Shown: in pieces, positions 52,944 through 64,000 of the stretch
Layout: each line of letters begins with the position of its first letter
Numbering within the stretch: position 1 is the first letter of the stretch
Assembly (NCBI GenBank): GCA_003971905.1
Contig: RSEE01000091.1
Span: 186,001-250,000 of the forward strand
DNA: 64,000 bases
Origin: Moniliella sp. 'wahieum'
Taxonomy: Eukaryota
Direction: 5' to 3'
Program-made: the position numbers and the translations under genes
Notes under the pieces: generated by a model
What the model was told of the DNA's origin: nothing
What the model saw: the letters and a program-made list of their open reading frames with translations, nothing else
Databases searched by the model: none

Positions 52944-55900
52944 TCATGCGCCACACCCAAACTCTCCGCCCGGTCCGGGAGCAGGCACACTGCCCTGCAC
53001 CCGCTCCATCTCACCCTTACCACCGCCGTGGACCAGGCCCAGTGAGATACATCTGGTCCAACAGCCCCCGCACCCCCGCCTGGGCGGCCGCCATCTGCGG
53101 CGTCGGCTCTGGCATCGACGACGCGGCCAACGCAGCGGGGTCTTCAAAGCCATCCTCCATCATGGCCGGGTTGTTGGTGCCGGTCCGGGCCCTCCTCCTC
53201 CCCCTGGTTCCACTCCTACCTCGCCACTTGGGCGTCCCGAGCGTGGCAAGCTGCCCTGGCTCTCTTCCACCGCCTGGAGCGGGGCTGACCGCACAGCCAA
53301 AGGCGACGTACTGGCCGCCAAACCTGTGCCCATCCTCCCAGCCAAACCCAGCTGGATCGAGTGGGCAATCTCGTCGTCGGCCCCATAGGCATAGGGATTG
53401 TACCCATTGCTAGGGTAGCCCGGGTTCGGGCCCATGCCCGAACCGGTGCCGGTCCCTGCGGCGCCCAGCATCACCGAATTCATCGGGGTAAAGTGAAGGC
53501 GCCTCCGCTGCACAAGGGGAGACGATGCGGTACGCACCCCGCTTGCCTCTCCTTCGGGCTTGCCTGCCATTCGTGAGAGGTACAGGTTCAGCGAGCGCGA
53601 TGGGGTTGCCAGTCCGGGTGGGCGGCCTTAAAGTTGAGCACTGATTGTTCCATTTTCCCCTCCTTGGAAGCCATCCGCTGATCCGCGGCTGACTCGGGCG
53701 CCCCATACGCATTAGACCCGTTGCGCTCCAGGTTAAAGTCGGCAAAGGCACAAACGTAACCCAATCCTTCGACATATACAGTGTAGGTCCGGAAAAAATC
53801 GATGATCGCCTCCGCACTCTGAGGCAGAGAGCGCCAGAGAATAAATGGGGTCAGGAGCACCGACCACAACTCGGTGACAAACAGACTGATCTTCAACTGG
53901 CACAATCGACCAAACTCTTGGTGCACCTCGGCGCTGTGAAAATGCCCGACCCAGTGCGGAGGGAGGTAATGAATGTAGTCCACCACCTCAGCCAGAGTCT
54001 GTTCCGGGTCAAAGACCAGATGTTCCTCGGGGATCATGCCACGCGCCACGGCGGTAATGGTGGCAAACACGCTGACGTAGAATAGAACACTGCGCTGTCC
54101 GCCGAGATAAAAGTGGAGGAACAAGTCCGAGTCGTACAGAGACGCCAGTAGTAACACCGCCGTGAACGCACCAGCGACAAAGGCGACGAAGCGGGCAACA
54201 ATGGCGACCGATTCCTTAGGAAACTGGTTGATGTACCTTCGGGCAGCAGGGTAGGATGAATTCGTCGCTTGAAGAGGTGTGGCAGCTCGTTAAATTCGCG
54301 AAACTTCCAGCGGGCCCATTCAGTGTACTGCCGCGAACCCAGATTGGAAGGATCCTTGTGATACTCTTCAAAGTAGCGGAGAAACGAGTAGACCAACACA
54401 TAGCACAATGAAGGGAGAGCACAGCGTGTTGACCAACGCCATGAAATAGAAGCGATGGCGTAGACCCCTGATCAACGGCTCGCGGTACCGCTCCGAAAGA
54501 AATTGCTTCCGGAGCACAGAGTGCTCGTCAAACAGAAAGTCCAAGAGACAGTACTTGAGGTTCCACAGTAGGCTGCGCGTCAAAATGGGCTCAGGTGTAA
54601 TGCCAACAAAACGGACCCAATAGGCCATACGCGGCGACAAGGGAGGCCGAAGATCCGGAACGTCCTTGTTGAAGAGGGCAATGAGGAAATTTTCTTGGCG
54701 CATGATCCGATTTGCCACATTGTGTGCATCCATCGTGTTCGCCGAAGGGGGGGAGTCCCCCGGACGGCTGCTACTACCGGCAGCAGCTGGGTTCGTTGGG
54801 TCGGTCAAGGTGAGTGTTACGAGGCTCGAGTGAGACGATAGGATTGGTGGTCCGCAGGTTGGAGAGGCGATTCACAACTTCGTTCCATGAGATGGAGGCC
54901 ACGTCCGCCTAAAGAAAAAGTGTCAGCATAAGCATCTCAGCGTGTAGGAATGATGGAGTTTGGGACATACGTCAGGAATGTCGAGAACATAAGTGTAAAA
55001 GCGGCGCATAGCCCAAAGCTGGGGGATCTGAAATGCGGTGGCCACAACCTGCCAGGCAAAGATCAGAAACAGGAAGAAGTAGAGCAGCTTGGAGGAAAAG
55101 GAAAAACGGGAAAAACATTGGGGAACAATGATGTCGTCCAGCTGGCCATTGTGGCGGATCTTACTGAAGTCGAGGCATCCACCAATAAAGGTGGAGAAGC
55201 TGACCACAAATGCAAACGTTGCCAAGCCGAGAACTTTGGATAGAACGAGGGCGATGAAACCCTTTCCATAGTAGTAACTGTACGCCTCGCGCAGAAACGC
55301 GTCCAGATCGACAATATTGACCCACTGCCATAGCGCACGATCACGCGGGGAGAGCGCAGCTACCGCTCCACGAGTAGCGGATGAACGGGAAGCATAGTGA
55401 GACCGGTACACCGCCGACGTCACGTCGTCTGGTGGTGGTGGGGGAGAGAAGGCAGAGGAGCGGCGGCGGGAGGTATGAGTGCGGGTATGGGGGGATTGTG
55501 TCTCAACATCAGCATCAAACAGGGGATCTCCTCATTCTTGATGGGTCATAGATGCAGAATGGCTCAGTCCGAGGGCCGAGCGCTCCTTCTCAGCGCGTGC
55601 AGCTATCCTGCGGCCAACGCTGGCGATGGAGGCAGCCATGCTCTGAGCGGCCGCAGCAAATGAGGCTTGTCCATATCCATCGTCGTACACATCGTCATCG
55701 TAATCGTCAACATCAGCCTGGTCATCGTGGTGTTGGTTGTCGTAGTATTCAGGGCCACGGGCGACGGGCGCAGGCGCGGGTGCCCCCGCAGATGACGACG
55801 ATGCGGCATCCGCTGCGCCGGGGCTGGGGGCACTGGCGGGATGCTCCTCCTCAAAGGGCGATGCAATGCTGGTGTCGGCCAGGAGGGTGTGGGAGTGGGG

Positions 55901-55963
55901 ATGGGGATGGGTGGAGTGGGGGACAGGAGCTGGCGATTGGTCTGGAAGAAACGGGTCAGCCAT
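52944..55963 (-). CDS. ATG9: Autophagy lipid scramblase Atg9
   Basis: [86 protein letters not shown]. Introns and frameshifts. Confidence 0.95.
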
Positions 55964-56725
55964 GGCGGCGGCGGGAGACAAGGTGGTGGTGGCCGAGCCA
56001 CTGCTAATCGCAATAAGCAGCGGCACACACAGTAGATGGGACAGGAGCCAGCTGACGTCAGCACACCCCGCATTGCGCCTATCAACGTCGACATCAATCT
56101 CAATCTCACTCGCAAGGAGTCGGAGTAGGATTGCATTCAGCTCCACATGTCACAGCAGGCTCGTCGTGCGGGGTTAAATATCTAAGCCAACGCTATTAGC
56201 GCCGAAGAAGTACTCCATACGCGCGGCTCCGCCTTGCTATTAGGGTAGGATACAGGCGTCAAACAGAGAAAACCGGAGGGAACCGGGAAAGCGCACACCC
56301 AACAACCCCTCAGCCGGGGCCCCAGGCGGAAGCCTGGGCCTCAGGCTCCATTGCTATATGCCCTGCTGATTCCAGCCCCCTAGCACCAGCCCCTGGGTGG
56401 TCCGTGCTGTTCCCCGCAAAACAGCCAAGCCACAACAGAGCCGTGCGGAGATGAGAAAACACATGAAAACAAGAATGAGACTAGCCCGTGCAAGTCTTTG
56501 CTCCGCAAAACGGTAGAAAGCTGTGACCACAGAGTGAGAGCACATCATGAGGACCAATATATCGTCCTACTCCTCCTTACTTTTTTCTGCTTCTCCCTCA
56601 CTCTACATATATAACCTGCTGCTCATCTCTTCTTCACCCCCCGCATTCAATTTTCTTTACTGCCAACAAAAGAAAAGCGCTCCCTTTTCCCATTCTCGAT
56701 ATTTCCCCGCCTACCAACCATCAGC

Positions 56726-58030
56726 ATGGATACGACCACGATTGATCCCATTGCCCCGCAGCAGCATCTTGACCACTTCTGGGCCAACGTCCCGCTCACC
56801 CCGCCCGACGCTGTCTTCCGTCTCACGGCCAACTACGAAGCCGACACGAGCGATTGCAAAGTCAACCTTGGTGTAGGTGCCTATCGGGACGAAAGGGCGA
56901 ACCATGGATTCTACCGAGCGTGCAAGCGGCTACAGAAGCATGGATCGCCGATCCTGAGACGACCCACGAGTACCTGCCCATTACAGGGCTAGAGACGTTT
57001 ACCCGAGCAGCAGCTCAGCTGATCTTTGGGTCTGACAGCCCGGTGTTGTCGGCGGGGCAGGTAGCCTCCGTCCAAACCATCTCTGGTACGGGGCAAACCA
57101 TCTGGGGGCCCTCTTTCTCGCACATTTTTACTGCTTCCCTGCAGGGCCCGACGGGACCAAGCAAAAACAGATCTACGTCTCGCGCCCATCGTGACGAAAA
57201 GGGGATCCTTCAGGGCGTCGGGATCACCATGGTAGAGTACCCTTACTACGACCCGCACACCCTCCGCCTCGACTTCACTGCCCTGCTCCATGCCCTGGAC
57301 CAGGCGCCTGATCACAGTATCTTTCTCCTCCACCCGTGTGCCCACAACCCCACCGGTGTCGACCCGACACGAGAACAGTGGCAGGCAATCGCAGCTGCTA
57401 TGGCACGCAAACGTCATTTCGCCTTTTTCGACTGTGCCTACCAAGGCTTTGCCTCGGGCGACCTGGATGCCGACGCATGGGCCATCAGGCACTTTGCTCA
57501 GCGCGGCGACATCCCTTTGCTCGTGTGCCAAAGCTTTTCCAAGAACGCAGGCTTGTACGGCGAGCGAGTTGGCGCACTGCATATCCTTGCGCCTAGTTGC
57601 ATAGCGCAGGTTACTTCCCAACTCAGTACCCTGATTCGGACAGAAGTCAGTACCCCTCCCGCATATGGAGCACAGGTGGTGCGGCGCCTGCTCACGAATG
57701 CAACGTTATCAGCCAGTGGCAAGCGGACGTGAAGACGATGGCATTACGGATCCAGGAGATGCGGCAGGCATTGTTTGCGGCTTTACAGCGCCGTCGTACC
57801 CCCCCGCCGGCCGGCGTGAGTGATTGGTCCCACATACTGGAGCAGATTGGCATGTTTTGTTTTACAGGGCTGAACCCGCTGCAGTGCCAGGTTTTGGTCA
57901 ACAATTATCACATTTACCTAACTGCCAATGGTCGCATTTCCATCGCCGGCCTCACACGGTCCAATGTGGAGTATGTGGCACAGGCCATTGATGACGTGGT
58001 GCGCGCCGCCGACAGAGCGAAGCACTATAG
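56726..58030 (+). CDS. Aspartate aminotransferase (class I PLP enzyme, cytosolic type)
   Basis: KVNLGVGAYRDE, VQTISGTG, LHPCAHNPTGVDPT, FFDCAYQGFASG, QSFSKNAGLYGERVG (PLP Lys), QIGMFCFTGL, GRISIAGL. No mitochondrial presequence seen. Confidence 0.93.
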
Positions 58031-58257
58031 ACACATTTGCTGTTTGTCGCTCCCTCTCCATTTCATGTTTAAACCTCGGCATTTGAATCCCTCTGCTTTC
58101 TTGTCTCTCTACCCGTATCCTCCCGTCATCCCATCAACCTGCTCTCGGCCCATCCAAAGTTTCTAGTTGATCCCAATCTCATGTTTTCCAGGTCACTCCA
58201 ATCCCATAGCTCCACGTCCGCACCTCGTCCACGGCGTCGCCCCAGTGGCCAGGTGGG

Positions 58258-59095
58258 CTACGTGAGCCGGATCAGGATAAAGATCAAGATCCAGGAAACG
58301 ACGACGGTGGCAAGGGAGTAGATGGTGAGCCAGGTCATGGAGCGAGCGCGGTGGCTCACCTCGCCCAAGCGACCTCGTGTCCGCGTCATAAAGTCCAGGT
58401 TGCTCGTCAACTTGGTCTCGGCCGCCTCGACGAGATGACGATCCCGTTCCAGTGCCTGAGCCAAGGCTACTGTTGCCTTTCAGTGTCCCGGCCATCCGCA
58501 CCAACTCGCCCATCAGCCCCGCTTGCATTGCGCGCGACGAAGCGTGTTCCGCATTGGCCTGGTCCTCTTCCTCTTCCTCTTTCGTATCCGTCTCGTTTTC
58601 CCCAGCCACAGCTGGGGAGGGAGCCAGAGGAGACGCACCACCATACTCAGCTTCTAGCTCATCCGCATCCAACGCTGGTTGGCGGCGGCGAAGACCCCCT
58701 GCAAGCCCGAGCGCTGCATAAGACTGGGATGGGGGGGGGGGGACGAGGGAGAAAGAGGGGCGGTGAGAGAGGGGCAGAGCCGATGTCGAAGGGACAGATG
58801 CTGATGTGGGCGCAGACACAGGTGCAGTGTTGGCAGGAACAGACCTTGAAGTGGTAGGAGATGAGGTGCCGGCATCAGGCAAAGGAGCGGGAGAAGTGAG
58901 ATCGACACTACCTCCCAGCTCGGCCAGAAGATCTGCAAAGACGGGCTGGGGATGAGGCGACCTGGACGACAGGCAGAGGAATAGGGGGTGCGGTCAGTAG
59001 TCTGCGCTGGTGTCGGTAGGGAGCAACGTGGACCTATCCCCGTTGCAGATGGGGCGAACTTACTGGGACGTGAGCAGCATTGGTGCGGCGGCCAT
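58258..59095 (-). CDS. USE1: ER SNARE Use1-like tail-anchored protein
   Basis: SNARE-like heptad region (QAGLMGELVRMAGTLKGNS...LERDRHLVEAAETKLTSNLDFM..TRGRL) followed by terminal TM WLTIYSLATVVVSWILIFILIRLT*. Confidence 0.65.
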
Positions 59096-59291
59096 GGCGA
59101 GGGGGTTAGAGGGAGGTGATGGCAGCGCGGCGGAAATGAGCGCCACGTTCCAACTTCACTTGGAGGGTCCACCACTTAATTAATGAACTCAGTGATCTGT
59201 TCAATGTTTCGACGTTGGCCGGTGTTCAGCGGCTCAGTGCCTATTCGAAGCGCAATTCTGTCGCATAACTGCATGGTCCTTGGGGGGCCTA

Positions 59292-59331
59292 CTACCACTG
59301 GGTTACTGAACCTACCACTGGGTTACTGAAC
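59292..59331. repeat. Perfect 20-bp tandem duplication (CTACCACTGGGTTACTGAAC x2)
   Basis: Identical adjacent copies at 59292-59311 and 59312-59331. Confidence 0.9.
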
Positions 59332-59485
59332 CGCTGAGGAAAGTGAAAACACAAACTACCAGCCCACGTAACCTCATCCGCTAAATGTACTCTCCATCTA
59401 TCTTAATCCTCATCCTCATCATCCTCATCATCCTCATTATCTTTGTCTGGAGGACAAACGGTAGTGCAGTCGCTTAGGCCGCGAG

Positions 59486-60730
59486 TTACGCATCCTCCCG
59501 CACCCAATCTCCACTGCGTCCACCGCTTTTGGCCACAACCTTGAGATCGTCAATCACCATCTCGGTACCCGCCAGGGCCTTGGTCATGTCCCAAACGGTG
59601 AGGCAGCAGTCGAAACGCCAGCCAAGGCCTCCATCTCGACACCCGTCGGGCCAGTGGTACGCGCGGTACAACGGACCACGACATACACCCTCCCTCCTCT
59701 GGCTCGTCCCAGGCCAGATCCACCTCCACTTGGCTCAAGGCCAACGGGTGGCACAGCGGTACTAGCTCCGCTGTTTTTTTGGCACCCATGATCCCAGCCA
59801 ACTGAGCAGTGTGGAAGATGGGGCCTTTGGTAAGAGGTCCACGACCCTGTTCTGCCGCCTGAACCGCTTCCACCGTCCCGCTCGGTAGCCAGATCCGGCC
59901 TTGGGCTGTGGCGCTGCGCCGGGTAGCAGCTTTGTGCGATACATCCACCATGTGCACTCCGCCCTCTTTGGGCCCTGGGGGGGCAACGTGGGTTAGGCGT
60001 GGGGCTGCAGGTACCGGGCGCGGCACAGGTGGGGGTGAAGTGTACATTGGTCCTCTCCTGGCCGACTGAGCCGATGCCTCCATTTGAGGCGAGTCCCGTG
60101 CAACCATCTGCGCCACAAGGGCTTTCATGGCCAGCGTTTCGGCGCTGTCCCCGGGCTGAGGGGCCGTGGCCGAGCCCATAGCCAGATCCTGTCCGTCCCA
60201 CCCTTGCGAGGCGAACGGGGAAGAAGTCGGACCGGAAGGCAGGGGCGCAACGACGGTGGAACTATCGGCAAAGGCATCGAGGTTGGACCAGGGATTGTCG
60301 TCGTCCTGGCTGGTGCCCATGTATTCGGACCAAGTCTGTTGCGCTGGGTTGGGGTTGGACGCCATGCTTGGGGAAGTGGGCCGGGGGTGGTGAGCGAATG
60401 TGGTCTGGGCTCGGTCCATGGAAGGGGCAGGGCTGAATGAGGGCGGGAACGCAGACGGAGGCAAGGACGAAGGGGATGAGCCAAGGTACTTGCTTGGGTC
60501 CACGTCTTCCCACCCATCAAAGTGCAGCATATCGTTCCATGCGTTGGCGAGGTCGTCGTTATCGGTACCGTGGTTGGGGGGCGAGCGGGCAGTAACAGTG
60601 GAGGTATGGAGAGTACGAGCAGAGCTGCGCAGTGCAGCTCCGAATGGACGGGCACGCAGGCGCGCGTGGAGCCGCTGGCGGGCCGCGCCCCCGAACGGAC
60701 GGTAAGAGGGCAGGGAAGACGAGGTGGGGG
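59486..60730 (-). CDS. Cyclic pyranopterin monophosphate synthase (MoaC/MOCS1B) portion with long N-terminal linker
   Basis: LTHV...VHMVDVSHK..TRRSATAQG, KGPIFHTAQLAGIMGAKKTAELVPLCHPL, TGVEMEAL, LTVWDMTKA, KSGGRSGDW. Confidence 0.92.
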
Positions 60731-60920
60731 CTGCAAACAAAAGGGAAAATGACGGGATCAGCAGCTACTCGACAACACAACCATCCAAATGTACCTCCAC
60801 TGGGTCCCGAGTGCAGGGGCACCCCCCAAGAGAAAGGAGGAAGGGAATATTAGGAATGGGGGATAATAAGGGGTCGAGCAACGCTGTAGGTACATATGGG
60901 CAGGAAAGTGAGGTTGCCGG

Positions 60921-62455
60921 TTACCCGCCAATGTGGATCATGGGTCGGTTCTTGTGCCGCGCAATATCGCCGGGCGATCGCATCCCGGCATGCTTGGCAT
61001 GTTTCCGCCCCACCGCCGCGGCAATCACCTCCAACAGTTCCTCGTCCGTTGCCCCGCCCTGCCCAGCAGTCGTTGCCTCCCCTGCCCTCTGCCCTGCCTC
61101 GCATCTGGTCGCGGAGGGAGACCTCCGTGTTCCCAAACAAGCACACCTTCAGGTTGCCGTCGGCTGTGATGCGCAATCGATTGCACGTACCGCAAAAATG
61201 GTCGGTCATACTGTATCATCAGTTCCAGTGCGTCAGTACAGCCGAACGCAACGAATTTCTTACTGAGGACAGGACGTACCTTGTGATGAAACCAAGGCTA
61301 CCTTGGTACCCAGGGACACGCCAGTGCTTGCTCGTGTCATTCTTATCGTCTTGGAGGCGTTCCAGTGGCCCATAGATGTTTTGGAGCTGAGCGAGCAATG
61401 TCTGATACGGTACCAACTTGGACGTTTGCCATTGGTTGCCGTCAAAGGGCATGTACTATGAGCCGGCCAAGTGGTTAGGACCACCAAACCAGAACCAGAA
61501 ATAGGCCAGGCCACAAAAGAGGAAGGTGGACGTACCTCAATAAACCGCACGACAACATTATGCTCGCGCGTGTAATCAACAAATGCGCGCAATTCCTCGG
61601 GCGAATCGTTGAGGCCCTTGAGAACGACGACATTGATCTTCACGCTCTGCAAGGGAAGTGACTGGGCCAGTTCAAGCGCGGCTAAAACCTTGTCCAGCGC
61701 ACCGGCAGGGCGACGCGTCATAATCTCAAATTTGAACGGGTCCATCGTGTCGAGAGAAAGGTTGAGGTGGGTAAGTCCAGCGTCAACGAGCGCGGGTAGG
61801 CGGCGGCTAAGTGCCACCCCATTCGACGTCATTCCGATTGATTCCAGACCATCGGCACGTAAGCCGCCGAGTGCGGCTGAAAGGGGAGCGAGTTAGATGT
61901 GGAGAAGAGAGGGAGACAGCGCGAAGAAGGGGGTAGGAATTTGGGGAGGCAGGGGAGGCATGGACACGCACTGAGAATCTCGGGCAAGTCGCGACGAATA
62001 GTAGGCTCGCCCCCTGTGAGGCGGATTTTGGTCACACCGCTGTGCACAAAAAGGCGGGCAAGGCGACTGAGCTCGTCGGCGGTGAGCAACTGAGCAGAAG
62101 GAGTAAGCGGGACGCCGTCGGCGGGCATGCAGTACATGCAGCGCAAGTTGCATCGCTCGGTCAGGGACAGGCGGAGGTAGGTGTGAGCACGGGCATGCCG
62201 GTCAATGAGCGCTGGCGCAACCGCGCGGCGGTCGATATCAGCAATGCGTTTGCGAGCGGTGCTAGCGAGGGCTTCGGCGCTGGCAGACGGAGATGTGAGA
62301 GCGGAGATGGGGGCAGCGGCAAGTGAGCCGAGGCCCCGCCGTCTCGGCAAGGACGAAGACAAGGGAGAGGCCGGAGCAGCAGCCTTAGCCCTGGCTATGA
62401 CCATCGCCATTGGGCCCAGTTGAGGACGCGTGGCTTGCATCGACGGCAGCACCAT
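60921..62455 (-). CDS. GTP 3',8-cyclase (MoaA/MOCS1A radical SAM) portion
   Basis: [19 protein letters not shown] (CX3CX2C), [50 protein letters not shown], terminal [11 protein letters not shown]. About three introns. Confidence 0.95.
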
Positions 62456-63099
62456 GATGGTGGTGAGAGGGGCCGGGCGCGCGTTGAGATGGAAGCAGGC
62501 TAAGAAGGTTTGCTGTGGCGGAGTTTTTTGTTTTCGGGTTGAGATCCGAGATACCAAAATCAATATCACACCCGCACAATCTCGGGACCATGCGTACGCG
62601 TAACAGCGCAACCCGCTCCGGTGAATCACATGCATCATGCATCACCGTCTGCCAACTGCGGTGATGAATATTCAATGGCCTAAACCTCTCCCCATTCGAG
62701 GCCAAGCCCCAGCTGATGGATGCTACCAACTTACAGCAGCCACCGCAGAAAGAAGATATGCGTGTCCGCCACGAGGCTCACAGCGCTGATAGCAGCAGAG
62801 TCCTTGCGCACGCCTGCGGATTTTTATGTGGGAGTGGAACTGTGGTGAAGAAGCAAAAAAGGTAAAATGGAGAAGAGGCTTATAGAAGACAGAATTCATA
62901 TACTGACGCGCAGTAAATGGGGGAAAGAGGGGACAAAAGGGAGCCTGCCCGAAGAAAACCCAGAGAAGGGCAGAATACCAAGCAGAATCCACATGCCCGG
63001 GTAAAATGTGTTTTATGGTGGGGTCATACGATGGCTCCAACCAACGAACAAAGGAGGGGAGAGGAGCCAAAAAGGGGGGAGAGCATAGAAGCGCGATAG

Positions 63100-64000
63100 G
63101 TGAGGAACAGGGGGATCTCCTCCTCGTCGACCTCGATCCGGGGGCGAAGGAGTAAATGTCAGGGTCGCCTTCCTCGGACTTCTCATGGACGACGGTGAGG
63201 CGCTGCAAGTTGGTAAAGAAGTCTTCCAGGACCTCGTTCTTGGTCAACGGACCGGCGGCCCATACGGTTGATCCAGCCAATCTTGTTCAGCACGTAGTAC
63301 ACCACCGTGACGATGATCGTCACACCAATGGAGTACGCCCAAACGCGCACAACAGTAACCACGTCGGTCCAGTTGTGCTTGTTGTGGCGCAAGCGGGGAG
63401 TGAATGTACTCGGCAATTGGCCCGCCGAGCCAACCAAAGAGACAGAAGATCGTAGCCAACGCATCAAACCCAGAATGGCCCCGACCAGCTCCCAGGATGG
63501 GATAGTGTTCTCATCCGCCGAGCCGGAACCAAGACGAGTGACAAAGATGAGCCAGTTCTCAGTGAGCGAGACTTCGAGGAAGAGGATGAGCTGCAGGTTA
63601 CCAAAGTTTTGCACAATCCCACCGTCCGGAAGGAAAAGGGTACCACGAACAATCCACGTGCCGGCCGCAAGCAGGATGCCCAGGATGGTGGAGATGGTCC
63701 AGATCTTGGGCAGTTGCCACTCGACTGGCTCCTTGGCAGCGGGAGCGTTGTCGTAGGCAATGGCGATCGTGGCCAAGTCGGCAAAGAGGGCGATAAAGAC
63801 AATCAGGTCGGCACGGATCACCTCGTCCCGGATGCAGATCGAGAGCAAGAGGTAGATTTCAAGGTGGAGACAGAGCGAGATACGGTACTGGATGTACGCC
63901 TTCATACGGTGGAAGATCTGACGAGCAACCTTGATCGAGGTAATGATGGTCGACAGACCCTCGTCGAGGAACACCACGTCGGCTGCCGAGCGGGCAGCGT
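63100..64000 (-). CDS. PMA1: Plasma membrane P-type H+-ATPase, C-terminal part (runs off window end)
   Basis: AARSAADVVFLDEGLSTII, ARQIFHRMKAYIQYRISLCLHLE, FIALFADLATIAIAYDNA, LFLEVSLTENWLIFVTR. Stop position uncertain because of frameshifts. Confidence 0.93.

Overview
Gene-dense, GC-rich eukaryotic DNA with short GT..AG introns (GTACGT/GTATGT donors, CTAAC/CTGAT branch sites), most likely a basidiomycete fungus (Tsp2-type tetraspanin, KRE6/SKN1, fungal PMA1). Almost every conserved gene is broken by single-base frameshifts, which points to an unpolished assembly, so gene coordinates are approximate. About 26 protein genes are visible: TAF5-like (partial), F-box protein, GH3 beta-glucosidase, secreted GMC oxidoreductase, UPF3, MRPL31, RPA34-like, KRE6/SKN1, alpha/beta hydrolase, striatin N-terminus, Tsp2, a multi-TM protein, NmrA-like reductase, WHIM/PHD chromatin protein, MRPL27, RVS161, AVT1-like, ATG9, aspartate aminotransferase, USE1, MoaC and MoaA (MOCS1/cnxABC), PMA1 (partial) and two orphans. 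There is also one CRE-clade non-LTR retrotransposon (RT plus restriction-like endonuclease). Main observations: (1) a recurring intergenic 7-bp-periodic TNA-N4 lattice whose phase is kept while the 4-nt spacer changes; (2) a bicistronic MOCS1-like locus where the MoaA stop codon overlaps a splice donor and a candidate 5-nt micro-exon restores the frame into MoaC; (3) an interstitial CRE element with intact catalytic motifs; (4) a striatin apparently lacking its WD40 half. All calls come from motif recognition by eye; no database searches were run.
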